Shown in pieces: positions 49,686 to 58,751 of a DNA stretch of 64,000 bases. The position numbers were made by a program, and so were the translations under genes. The notes under the pieces were generated by a model that had not been told where the DNA came from, searched no databases, and saw only the letters and a list, made by a program, of their open reading frames with translations. Position 1 is the stretch's first letter. Every line of letters starts with the position of its first letter. Location: NCBI GenBank assembly GCA_963674965.2, contig CAXXFL010000002.1:416001-480000 (forward strand), given 5' to 3'. Source of the stretch: a bacterium (GTDB lineage: Bacteria > RBG-13-61-14 > DATKZS01).

Positions 49686-49991
49686 ATGGCGACGAAAAAC
49701 TTTAACGCGGAGGAATTCACCCGGCTGAACCTGGCCAAGCTCATTTTCAGGATCGAGGGCGAGGACCCGGGTGACTTTATCTTTCTCGACGAGACCAAGT
49801 GCGACAGTTGCGGGCAGTGCAGCATGGTATGCTCGGTCAGCCTTTGGATCATCAAGGACAAGGCCAAGCTTTCGCCCAAATATAAAGAGCTTTGCATGGA
49901 ATGCGCCGCCTGCTACGCGGTGTGCGAAAGGGACGCCATCACCTTTAGATACCCCGCGGGAGGATCGGGCATAGTTATCAAACACGGGTGA
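49686..49991 (+). CDS. FixX-like ferredoxin
   Basis: CDSCGQCSMVC and CMECAACYAVC; C-terminal FRYPAGGSGIVIKHG as in FixX. Confidence 0.85.
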   Translation: MATKNFNAEEFTRLNLAKLIFRIEGEDPGDFIFLDETKCDSCGQCSMVCSVSLWIIKDKAKLSPKYKELCMECAACYAVCERDAITFRYPAGGSGIVIKHG

Positions 49992-50157
49992 CCCAAAAAA
50001 ATGAGATCATTCTCGGCGGGAAGAACAACCTCGCCCGTACATAACGTCCCCGCTTTAAAGTAAGGGGTGGGATTTATTCGCCTTATGCATTGAGGCTTTT
50101 ATCTATAGTTCCTTCCCGCGTCCGATAACGTTCTGACGTTCAAAAATAGAATTGACG

Positions 50158-50342
50158 GAGCCTCTTGCAAAAGTCCCGCTTTGGAGCGCGGCGGCTCGAC
50201 GCCGCTTTTCTCCGAGCGGCTTGACGCGAGGAAAGGCTTTGTATTTTTTAGCCTTGTCAAGCCAAGCCCATCGAAAGCGGTCTCAAGCGACAGCGCTCCA
50301 AAGCGGCTATGGCGCCAAGAAAAGGACTTTTGCAAGAAGCTC
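50158..50342. mobile_element. 185-bp MITE-like element with nested REP-like palindromes
   Basis: 19-bp TIRs GAGCCTCTTGCAAAAGTCC / GGACTTTTGCAAGAAGCTC (18/19); inner perfect IR CCGCTTTGGAGCGC / GCGCTCCAAAGCGG. Confidence 0.7.
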
Positions 50343-50577
50343 GACAATAAAGGAAAAAACATTGATTGAATATTGACCCATACTTGTGATATCTTGCTTA
50401 TCAAGCCGCTCCCGTGGATTGGGTTTTGCTTTTTGTAAAACGTTTTGCCAAGAATCGAGCGGCTTATTTTTTTCAAATCACGTGAGAGGATCGAGTCGAT
50501 TGAGCGTTCACTCAATGGGGCTGTTTCTTCTTTTTTCCATTTCTTCAATTTTCGAAAAAGCATGGAGGGCGTTATTG

Positions 50578-53121
50578 ATGAGAATGAGGAAGGCAAGATG
50601 GATCGTAATGGGATTGATATTGTCAGCTTCCCTGGTTGTCATGGCTCAGGGAGTTCCGAACATGATCAACTACCAGGGACGGCTGTTCGACGGAACGGGC
50701 CGTCCGGTTGACGACCCGGCCCTGGCCATGGATTTCTCGCTTTGGGACCAGGACGTAACGCCCGAGCAGGTAACCGACGAGACGGTCTATTTGTGGGGCG
50801 AGTCGGTCGTTCCCCTGGCCCATGGCGAGGTGACGGACGCGAGCGAGGTGGTCTCGGGATGGGGCAGCACCGTTTACGAGACCCCCCGCGACTACCTGAT
50901 CGACTACGCGAACGGGACCATCTCCCGGGTGGCCTCGGGCACGATCCCCAACGGCCAGATGGTATACGTGGATTATGAATGGACCGACTACGGGACCGAG
51001 ATATGGAGCGAGACTCAACTGGTGGAGGTGGTCAACGGCCTGTACGAAGTGAAACTGGGCGATTTCGTTCCCCTCGGCTACTCGACCTTTACCGGCTCGA
51101 CCGTATACCTCGAGGTGACGGCCAACCTGGAGATACTCTCGCCGCGCCGGCGTCTGACGTCGGTGGTATTCGCCATGCGGGCCGACGACGCCATGTCGCT
51201 GGGGGGGCATTCCTATTCGGCCTTCTCTCTTGTCGGCCACGGCCACGACTTCGCGGACATCTCCGGCCAGGCCGCGGACGCGCAGGTCCCGGATGACATT
51301 ACCATCGTCTACGCGCAGGACTCTGGACAGCTCGGCGGCCAGGCCCCCGCGGCGTACGTGTCGGCCTCGGGCGACACCGTCACCGGCGCGCTCGAGGTTG
51401 GCCAGGACCTGACGGTGCAGGGCGACGCCGCCGTACTGGGCGGAAACATTGGACTCGGGAGGTCATGGGACTCGGATTACGGGATAGTCAACGGCTTCTC
51501 CGCGGCCCCTCCCCATGGAGCGCGTCTGTACGGGACTAACCATGGAATCATGGGCGCATGGGCCGGAGCTCCTTACAACAACTACGCCTTCCTCGGCTCC
51601 GAGGCGTACGGCGTTTACGGAATGTGCGGGACCTCATCGGACACGGGCAGCAGATACGGAGGGTTATTTCAAGCCACCAGCCCGATCTACGCCATTGGCT
51701 CCATGGCCTACTCCAACGGATACGGCTCCTATCCGTCCATCGGCGTCTATGGCAGCGGTTATAACGCCAGCTCGGGAGAGGCTTACGGAGGATACTTCGA
51801 GACTTCAAACTCGGGCACGGGAACGCATTACGGGGTCTTCGCCGGAGTTCAGGACGATTACGCCGGTTGGTTCCAGGGCGGGCGCGTGCATATAGGAAAC
51901 GCCGGGACCGAGAATTACGTTAACGGCGACGGTGACCTTTACGTGGAGGACGATCTCGAGGTTGACAACAACGCTCGAGTTGCAAACGACGTGTTCGCGG
52001 GAGGCGATATATCCGTTGGAGGAGCGGGCGATATCGGCGGCAACCTGTCGGTAACGGGAGGGGCCACGATCGGAGACAATCTATACGTCGTGGGAGGGGC
52101 CACGGTTGGACAAAACCTATCCGCGGGCGGCGACGTGTACATAGAGGGGACCATCGGCATGGGAATCGCCCCGAGTTCAAGCTATGGGATCAGAAACAAC
52201 GCGGGTTCCGCGCCCTCGACGGGAGCTTATCTTTACGGCACGGGCTCGGGAGTGCAAGGAAGATGGGCAAGCGACCCTAACGACCATCTTGGATACATGG
52301 GCGCCTCAAACCTCGGGGTTTATGGCCGGGCCGGAAATTCCGACGAGACGGGAGAAAGATATGGAGGGCGTTTCGAGGCGCATAGCCAGGGCTATGCTTA
52401 TGGAGTTTCTGGTACCGGCTACGCTTTCGACGCCGGTTACTCATATGGATTGGTAGGAATCGCGTACGCCACGGCCAGCGGCGCCACGGGACCGGCTTAT
52501 GGCGCATATTTAAGGGCTTACGCCAACGGCTCCGCCTATGGTCTTTACGTCGCCAGCGGCACCAAGAACTGGGTCAACCCCGACCCCGAGGACCCGACCA
52601 AGTCCATCGTTTACGCGACCCTCGAGGGCGGCGAGAACGGGACTTACTGGCGCGGCACGGCCAGGCTCGAGAACGGAATGGCCGAGGTCATTTTGCCCGA
52701 CCACTTCCGCAAGACCACCAGCCCCGACTACCCGGTGACGGTCACCCTGGGACTTCTCGGGGACTGCAACGGCATCATGGTGGCCGAAAAAAGCAACGAG
52801 AAGATCGTGGTCAAGGAACTTCGCGGAGGCACGAGCGACGCGGAGTTCGATTTCGTTGTCATGGGAAAAAGACTTGGCTACGAGGAATACGAGCCCATAA
52901 TCGACAACGTGGATTACGTCCCCTTCCAGGGAAACAACTCGGGCATGGACGAAAGCGATATGACCACCCAGGAATACTACGATAATTACTCCGAGGGCCT
53001 AAAGAAAATCTTCAAAAAGAACGGTATCCTGGACGAGGAAGGAAAAGTCAACGAAAAGCTCTTCGAGGAAAAGGGATGGAAAAACAACAAGGTGAAAATG
53101 CCAAAGGAACAAGAAAGATAA
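50578..53121 (+). CDS. secreted tail-fibre-like protein A (INYQGRL domain, YG-rich repeats)
   Basis: GGAGG RBS, signal peptide ..VVMA|Q, INYQGRL, GHGHD, GDTVTG, YGxxG repeats, C-terminal KNWVNPDP...LEGGENG...LPDHF domain. Confidence 0.8.
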   Translation: MRMRKARWIVMGLILSASLVVMAQGVPNMINYQGRLFDGTGRPVDDPALAMDFSLWDQDVTPEQVTDETVYLWGESVVPLAHGEVTDASEVVSGWGSTVYETPRDYLIDYANGTISRVASGTIPNGQMVYVDYEWTDYGTEIWSETQLVEVVNGLYEVKLGDFVPLGYSTFTGSTVYLEVTANLEILSPRRRLTSVVFAMRADDAMSLGGHSYSAFSLVGHGHDFADISGQAADAQVPDDITIVYAQDSGQLGGQAPAAYVSASGDTVTGALEVGQDLTVQGDAAVLGGNIGLGRSWDSDYGIVNGFSAAPPHGARLYGTNHGIMGAWAGAPYNNYAFLGSEAYGVYGMCGTSSDTGSRYGGLFQATSPIYAIGSMAYSNGYGSYPSIGVYGSGYNASSGEAYGGYFETSNSGTGTHYGVFAGVQDDYAGWFQGGRVHIGNAGTENYVNGDGDLYVEDDLEVDNNARVANDVFAGGDISVGGAGDIGGNLSVTGGATIGDNLYVVGGATVGQNLSAGGDVYIEGTIGMGIAPSSSYGIRNNAGSAPSTGAYLYGTGSGVQGRWASDPNDHLGYMGASNLGVYGRAGNSDETGERYGGRFEAHSQGYAYGVSGTGYAFDAGYSYGLVGIAYATASGATGPAYGAYLRAYANGSAYGLYVASGTKNWVNPDPEDPTKSIVYATLEGGENGTYWRGTARLENGMAEVILPDHFRKTTSPDYPVTVTLGLLGDCNGIMVAEKSNEKIVVKELRGGTSDAEFDFVVMGKRLGYEEYEPIIDNVDYVPFQGNNSGMDESDMTTQEYYDNYSEGLKKIFKKNGILDEEGKVNEKLFEEKGWKNNKVKMPKEQER

Positions 53122-53133
53122 AGAGCATATTAT

Positions 53134-53155
53134 GGCGCTCTCCGGGGCGCCTTTT
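53134..53155 (+). terminator. intrinsic terminator
   Basis: GGCGCTC-tccg-GGGCGCC followed by TTTT. Confidence 0.55.
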
Positions 53156-53478
53156 CATTTGCATTGTGATATCGAGAGGATTGCCGCGGGCGTAATCTTC
53201 CCGAGAGGCGCGAATAATGATCGGACTTCATTTTCTTGTTAAATCGATCGCCTTATGGTAATCTTTAATCTGGTAAACGGGGATTCTTACCGACAGGGCC
53301 GGAAATAAATCTTAGCATCTCTTCATCTCAGGGTTCCACGGGTATTCTTGATTTTCATCTTTTGTTTGTATTCCCGCTTATTGCTTTTCAATTCGGGCGG
53401 ATAAAGCGAAGGATTTCATTCAAGGCTTTGATGGATGAAAGATTGTTTGCACGCTTTTTTTAGAAAGGGGAAGAAAAG

Positions 53479-56424
53479 ATGAAAGGGACAAGATGGATAA
53501 TTTTGGCGTTATTCCTGACCGCCTCGGCGGCCGTCATGGCCCAGACCGTTCCGGGCATGATCAACTACCAGGGGCGTCTTTTCGATGGGACCGGCCAGCC
53601 GGTGAACGAAGCGGCCCTGGCCATGGACTTTTCTTTATGGGACAAGGGGGTGACCCTGGAGGACGTGACGGATGAGATAGCCGTCATGAACGGAGCCTCG
53701 GCCATATCCCTGGCTCACCGGGACATTACCGACGGGAGCGAGGTCGTGACCGCGGTTGGCGGCTCTCCCACTTATGAGTCGCCTCGCGACTACTTGATGG
53801 ATTACGCTAATGGGACCATTACGAGAGTGGCGAGCGGCTTTATCCTTGACGGCCAGTCGGTGGAAGTCGATTACGAATGGACGGACTTTGGAAGCGAGAT
53901 ATGGAGCGAGACCCAGGCGGTCGAGGTTGTAAACGGGCTTTACCAGGTCCGGCTTGGGGAGTACTCCGCCCTTGAGGCCTCCCTCCTTTCCAGTTCGACC
54001 ATATACCTCGAGGTCGAGGCTAACATGGAAGTCCTCTCGCCCAGGCAGCGGCTTACGTCGGTCCCCTTCGCCATGAAGGCCGACGAGGCCCTCACCCTTG
54101 ACGGCCATTCCCTTTCGGCCTTTTCCCTGGTCGGGCATACCCACAATTTCACGGAGATTTTCGGACAGGCCACGGACGCGCAAATACCTGATAATATTAC
54201 TGTCGTCTACGCCCAGGACTCGGGCCAACTCGGCGGCCAGGCGCCGGCGGCTTACGTTTCATCCTCGGGCGACACCATCACCGGGCCCCTTGACGTGGGC
54301 GGCGAGGTAAACCTTGGCCATGACCTTATCGTGCAGGGCGACGCGTCCATCCTGGGCGGGAACATCGGCCTTGGACGGGAATGGCACTCGAACGTCGGTA
54401 TTATAAACGAGCAGACCACCGCTCCCACCCACGGCGCGCTCTTGTACGGGACAAGCTACGGAGTTTACGGAAACCTGGCGAGCGACCCGAGCAATCATTA
54501 CGGGTTCCTGGGTTCCTCTTCATACGGCGCCTTCGGCAGGAGCGGCGCCTCGACCGAGACTTCCTCTCAATATGGAGGGTTTTTCCAGGGGAGCGGGCAG
54601 TCCAACGTTTACGGCGCGTACGGCGGTTCCTACGGTTACGGCCCCGGCAATTCTTATGGCGTCTATGGCTATGGTTACAACGATGGCTCCGGCAACGCCT
54701 ATGGCGGATACTTCTCCATGTCGGACGCGGGCACGGGCACGCATTACGGCGTGTTCGCCAGCGTTAACCACGATTACGCCGCCTGGTTCCAGGGCGGCCG
54801 CGTTCACGTTGGCACCTACGGTACCGAGGATTACGTTGACGGCGACGGGGACCTTTACGTGGAGGACGACCTCGAGGTCGACAACAACCTTCTCTTGGCC
54901 AACGACGCGTATATAGGGAATTATTTGTCCGTCGGAGACGACGCCTACATAATAGGCGGCAACCTGGGCCTGGGAACGACCCCGGACTCCGCGGTGGGCA
55001 TATATAACAGCGTGTCAACGGCCCCTTATTATGGAGCGTTGATATATGGAAGCGCCTATGGAGTATGGGGGGCCCTGGCCTCCGATCCCTACGACCATTA
55101 CGGACAAATGGGCTCCGTGACCTACGGAGTTTACGGCCGGTGCGGCGCCTCGGACGAGACGGGGTTCAGGTCCGGCGGCCGGTTTTACGCCTATAGCCAG
55201 GATACCCCTTATGGAGTGTACAGCGCGGCCTACGGATACGGAAGCGCCGACGCCTACGCCGTCAGGGGAAGCGTGACCAACTATGACGAGGGAGACGCTT
55301 ACGGAGGATATTTCTCCTCCTCCAACTACGGCGGCGGAGACAAATACGGCGCCTACGGCTACGCCGCCGGGGACTCTGCCAACGTGACCGCCTACGGCTT
55401 GTATGGCCGCGGCTCCAATTCCACTGGCCCAGCTTATGGAGTGTATGGCTTGGGGTACTCGGCGGGCGACTATGCTTATGGGGGATACTTCACCACGGGA
55501 ACGAACACCAATGGTAACAATTGCGGCCTATACGCGGAATCGGCCGAAACCCCACTTTACGCCGCCTTGAGCACGGACAAGTACGACCATTACGCTCTTT
55601 TAGGGACCGTTTCGTATGGAGTATACTCGACGTGCGGCAATTCCGACGAGACCTCGACCAGGTATGGCGTTCGCGCGTCCAGCTTCAGTCAGGAGGCAAG
55701 CTATGGCGTGTACTCGACGAGTTATGGCTATGGAAGCGGCTCGGCTTATGGAATCAGGGCGGTGGGAGACGCCGACGACTCGGGCGCCGCGGGCAACGGT
55801 TATGGGGCCTATCTAGCGGCCTATAGCAACGCCTCGGCCTATGGCCTTTACGTTACCGCCGGCACCAAGAGTTGGGTCAACCCCGACCCCGAGGACCCGA
55901 CCAAGTCCATCGTTTACGCCACCCTCGAGGGCGGCGAGAACGGGACTTACTGGCGCGGAACGGCCAGGCTCGAGAACGGAATGGCCGAGGTGATAATGCC
56001 CGACCACTTCCGCAAGACTACCAGTCCCGATTATCCGGTCACGGTCGCCTTGGGGGCCTTGGGGGAATGCAACGGCCTTATGGTGGCCGAGAAAAGCAAC
56101 GAGAAGATTATTGTCAAGGAATTTCACGGCGGCACGAGCAACGCGGAGTTCGATTTCATAATCATGGGTAAAAGGCGCGGATACGAGAATTACGATCCCA
56201 TGATCGAAAACGTGGATTACGTCCCCTTCGAGGGCAACAACGCGGACATGGACGAAAGCGACATGACCACTCAGGAGTTCTACGACAAGCACCCAGAGGG
56301 AGTAAAGGAACTGTTCAAGCAAAGCGGTATCCTGGATAAGGAAGGCAAGGTAAACGACAAGCTCTTCGAGAAAAACGGATGGAAAATCAACAAGGAGAAA
56401 AAGCCCAAGGAAGAGAGGCCTTAA
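53479..56424 (+). CDS. secreted tail-fibre-like protein B, paralog of 50578..53121
   Basis: same architecture and aligns end to end with protein A, with an extra YG module. Confidence 0.82.
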   Translation: MKGTRWIILALFLTASAAVMAQTVPGMINYQGRLFDGTGQPVNEAALAMDFSLWDKGVTLEDVTDEIAVMNGASAISLAHRDITDGSEVVTAVGGSPTYESPRDYLMDYANGTITRVASGFILDGQSVEVDYEWTDFGSEIWSETQAVEVVNGLYQVRLGEYSALEASLLSSSTIYLEVEANMEVLSPRQRLTSVPFAMKADEALTLDGHSLSAFSLVGHTHNFTEIFGQATDAQIPDNITVVYAQDSGQLGGQAPAAYVSSSGDTITGPLDVGGEVNLGHDLIVQGDASILGGNIGLGREWHSNVGIINEQTTAPTHGALLYGTSYGVYGNLASDPSNHYGFLGSSSYGAFGRSGASTETSSQYGGFFQGSGQSNVYGAYGGSYGYGPGNSYGVYGYGYNDGSGNAYGGYFSMSDAGTGTHYGVFASVNHDYAAWFQGGRVHVGTYGTEDYVDGDGDLYVEDDLEVDNNLLLANDAYIGNYLSVGDDAYIIGGNLGLGTTPDSAVGIYNSVSTAPYYGALIYGSAYGVWGALASDPYDHYGQMGSVTYGVYGRCGASDETGFRSGGRFYAYSQDTPYGVYSAAYGYGSADAYAVRGSVTNYDEGDAYGGYFSSSNYGGGDKYGAYGYAAGDSANVTAYGLYGRGSNSTGPAYGVYGLGYSAGDYAYGGYFTTGTNTNGNNCGLYAESAETPLYAALSTDKYDHYALLGTVSYGVYSTCGNSDETSTRYGVRASSFSQEASYGVYSTSYGYGSGSAYGIRAVGDADDSGAAGNGYGAYLAAYSNASAYGLYVTAGTKSWVNPDPEDPTKSIVYATLEGGENGTYWRGTARLENGMAEVIMPDHFRKTTSPDYPVTVALGALGECNGLMVAEKSNEKIIVKEFHGGTSNAEFDFIIMGKRRGYENYDPMIENVDYVPFEGNNADMDESDMTTQEFYDKHPEGVKELFKQSGILDKEGKVNDKLFEKNGWKINKEKKPKEERP

Positions 56425-56445
56425 GCGGGAAACAAACGAACTGTT

Positions 56446-56485
56446 CCGGCGGCTCGGGCTTATAGTCTCGGGCCGCCGGTTTTTT
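56446..56485 (+). terminator. intrinsic terminator
   Basis: CCGGCGGCTCG...CGGGCCGCCGG stem followed by TTTTTT. Confidence 0.7.
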
Positions 56486-56524
56486 GTCCAGGCGGGGACA
56501 AAAAGACGACGTATGCCCCGGCGA

Positions 56525-56947
56525 TCAGAGCGCGCACCTTCCCTTGCAGCCGCAGTTGTACCTGTCCTCATAGCAGGAATAAGCCTGCGTCAGGTTGTCG
56601 AACTCGCCCAGGTACTCGGCCAGGGCGTCCTGAAGGCGGTCAAACCTCTTGAACTCTTCCCTCGCCGCGCTCTGCAGGACCAGAAGCTGAGCCGGCACCG
56701 GCGGGCCCTTGATCACCCGGATATAGAAATCCGCCGCCATTTCGGGCTCGCCCAGAGCGCGGATGGCCCGAAGAAGACCCCCAAGCGCCGCGCCCGCAAG
56801 ACCCGGATCGTAAGCGCCTATCAATGCCTCGGTCAGATCGGACCGGCTCTTTTTCTTAAGCTCCGCAATCTCGCCCCCGCTCATGCCCAGCGCCTTAAGG
56901 CCATTCCAGGCCTCTTTCCGGGCCACGTCTTTCTTTTCGCTCATCAT
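56525..56947 (-). CDS. hypothetical protein with Cys-rich C-terminus
   Basis: GAGG RBS (start 56947 or 56944); ends in CYEDRYNCGCKGRCAL. Confidence 0.6.
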   Translation of the reverse strand: MMSEKKDVARKEAWNGLKALGMSGGEIAELKKKSRSDLTEALIGAYDPGLAGAALGGLLRAIRALGEPEMAADFYIRVIKGPPVPAQLLVLQSAAREEFKRFDRLQDALAEYLGEFDNLTQAYSCYEDRYNCGCKGRCAL

Positions 56948-57372
56948 TTCCTCACTCGATTCCTTTTACTTACAATATAAGCAGGCAACCGGCGGGGCGC
57001 AAGCGTGAAAAATCACGCGATAAAATTATAGGCTCCTCACGCAAATATGTGGGTGAATTCCGGCATGGGGGCAGTTGGACTGGGCAATGTAATTGCATCA
57101 GAGTGAACCATTTTTCGCTCCTGTACAGCCCTTTGGAAACTCTCCTGGAAAAAAGAGTTGGCATCTGGAAAAACAAACTGTTAAATTGGTTCATGTCTCC
57201 CTGCGGCTGTGTTTGATATTTTATCGCAACATTTATCATAACCTAAGCCGAGGGACATAAAATCTCTTCAACCTAACATTCGTTTTTGACAAGATTGAGA
57301 GGAGTTCATGGAATTAAAAAGCATATTCGTCTCGCGCCATCATCGGGGAAGGTGGAGGGCGTTGCTTTGAAA

Positions 57373-58527
57373 ATGACTCGTGTCGCGATTCCATTGACGG
57401 TCACTTTCATCCTTGCGGGGCTTTTTATCCCCGCGGCCGGGGTCGGCGAGGATAGGGGCGATATAGATGAATTCACGGCCTGGCTAGACTCGCGCTTGCC
57501 GATGAAGCTCAAAGTATACGGCGTGCCCGGAGCGGCCGTGGCGCTAACGCGAAACGGAGAAGTCGCGTGGTCCAATGGCTACGGGCTGGCGGACAAGAAG
57601 AGCGGGGAAAGGGTTACGGCCGACACGCTCTTTCAGATGGCGTCCATTTCAAAGCCCGTGTCCGCGTGGGGGGTCATGCGTCTGGTGGAGAGCGGCAAAA
57701 TATCCTTGGACGACCCCATTGAAAAATACCTGACCCGGTGGCGTCTTCCATCTTCCAGGTATGATCACTCGGGAGTGACCGTCAAAAGAGTCCTGAGCCA
57801 TACGGCCGGGCTTTCACTGCACGGGTATCCCGGGTATTCTCCTTCCCGGCCCTTGCCCTCGATCACGGACTCCCTGTCGGGAATAGGAACTCCCACCGGT
57901 CCCGTTCGAGTTAAAAAGGAGCCAGGCTCCGGCTTCAGCTATTCAGGAGGCGGCTTTACCGCGTTGCAACTGGTCATGGAAGAAGTCAGCGGCGATGATT
58001 TCGCGGCGTACATGAAGCGCGAGATACTGGACCCCCTTGGCATGTCGTCAAGCGGTTTTGGCGTTCCGGAGAACGAAGCCGCTATGGCCGCGCCCTACAA
58101 CTTGCTTGGCGCCAGGATCCCTAAATACCGCTTCACCGAACTGGCGGCGGCCGGGTTATACTCGAGCGCCAACGACATGGCCAGGTTCGTGGCCGCGATG
58201 ACGCCGGGTCCTAATGGCGAGCAAGCCGGCAGGGCGGTGATTACGCCCGATTCGATCAGGTTGATGACGACTCCTTCTCCCGAGTCCGACGATTTGTACG
58301 GGCTTGGCTATTTCATTCGGGACCAAAAGGGCGTCGAACGCATCGCGCTCCATGGCGGCTCGAACCGCGGATACCAGTCGTTAATCGCCGTGATCCTGGA
58401 GGACGGTCTGGGACTGGTCGTGTTAACCAATGGCGACTCGGGCTCCATCCTGGCCCTGCATATCATGGACAAGTGGATCAAGTGGTCGCTAGGATCACGA
58501 GGTTTTAAAACGCCTGGCTCACCATAA
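57373..58527 (+). CDS. serine hydrolase, beta-lactamase/AmpC-like family, secreted
   Basis: signal peptide; FQMASISK (SxxK), LSHTAGL, FSYSGGG, AAAGLYSSA.D.ARF, HGG. Confidence 0.9.
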   Translation: MTRVAIPLTVTFILAGLFIPAAGVGEDRGDIDEFTAWLDSRLPMKLKVYGVPGAAVALTRNGEVAWSNGYGLADKKSGERVTADTLFQMASISKPVSAWGVMRLVESGKISLDDPIEKYLTRWRLPSSRYDHSGVTVKRVLSHTAGLSLHGYPGYSPSRPLPSITDSLSGIGTPTGPVRVKKEPGSGFSYSGGGFTALQLVMEEVSGDDFAAYMKREILDPLGMSSSGFGVPENEAAMAAPYNLLGARIPKYRFTELAAAGLYSSANDMARFVAAMTPGPNGEQAGRAVITPDSIRLMTTPSPESDDLYGLGYFIRDQKGVERIALHGGSNRGYQSLIAVILEDGLGLVVLTNGDSGSILALHIMDKWIKWSLGSRGFKTPGSP

Positions 58528-58751
58528 AAAGCGAAAGATGAAATCGCGGATACATCCAGTCACGACTCCAGTCATTTGGGCCGCTCGCGTCAATATGCTA
58601 ATCAAAATTTCAAAGGAAGATCCAACGGGTAACACGGACAGGTTTCCTTATATCAACTGGCATAGGACCTCGTCGCGTGGTATGGTTTCATTCACGGTGA
58701 AGATGGATCAAAGAAAGACGCCGGCCAATAGCGTATTGAAAGGGTAATCAT

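Noticed and set aside
53160-53478. Riboswitch (e.g. c-di-GMP) in the long leader of fibre gene B
   Set aside because: No recognisable aptamer consensus by eye; an Rfam search would be needed
50578-56424. Diversity-generating retroelement acting on the fibre paralogs
   Set aside because: No reverse transcriptase in the window; the two differences in the shared tract are synonymous (G/C and C/A), not the dense adenine-specific pattern of a TR/VR pair
41315-56424. Prophage or tailocin explaining the fibre-like genes
   Set aside because: No capsid, terminase, sheath, baseplate, integrase or lysis genes; the fibres have signal peptides and are interspersed with metabolic genes
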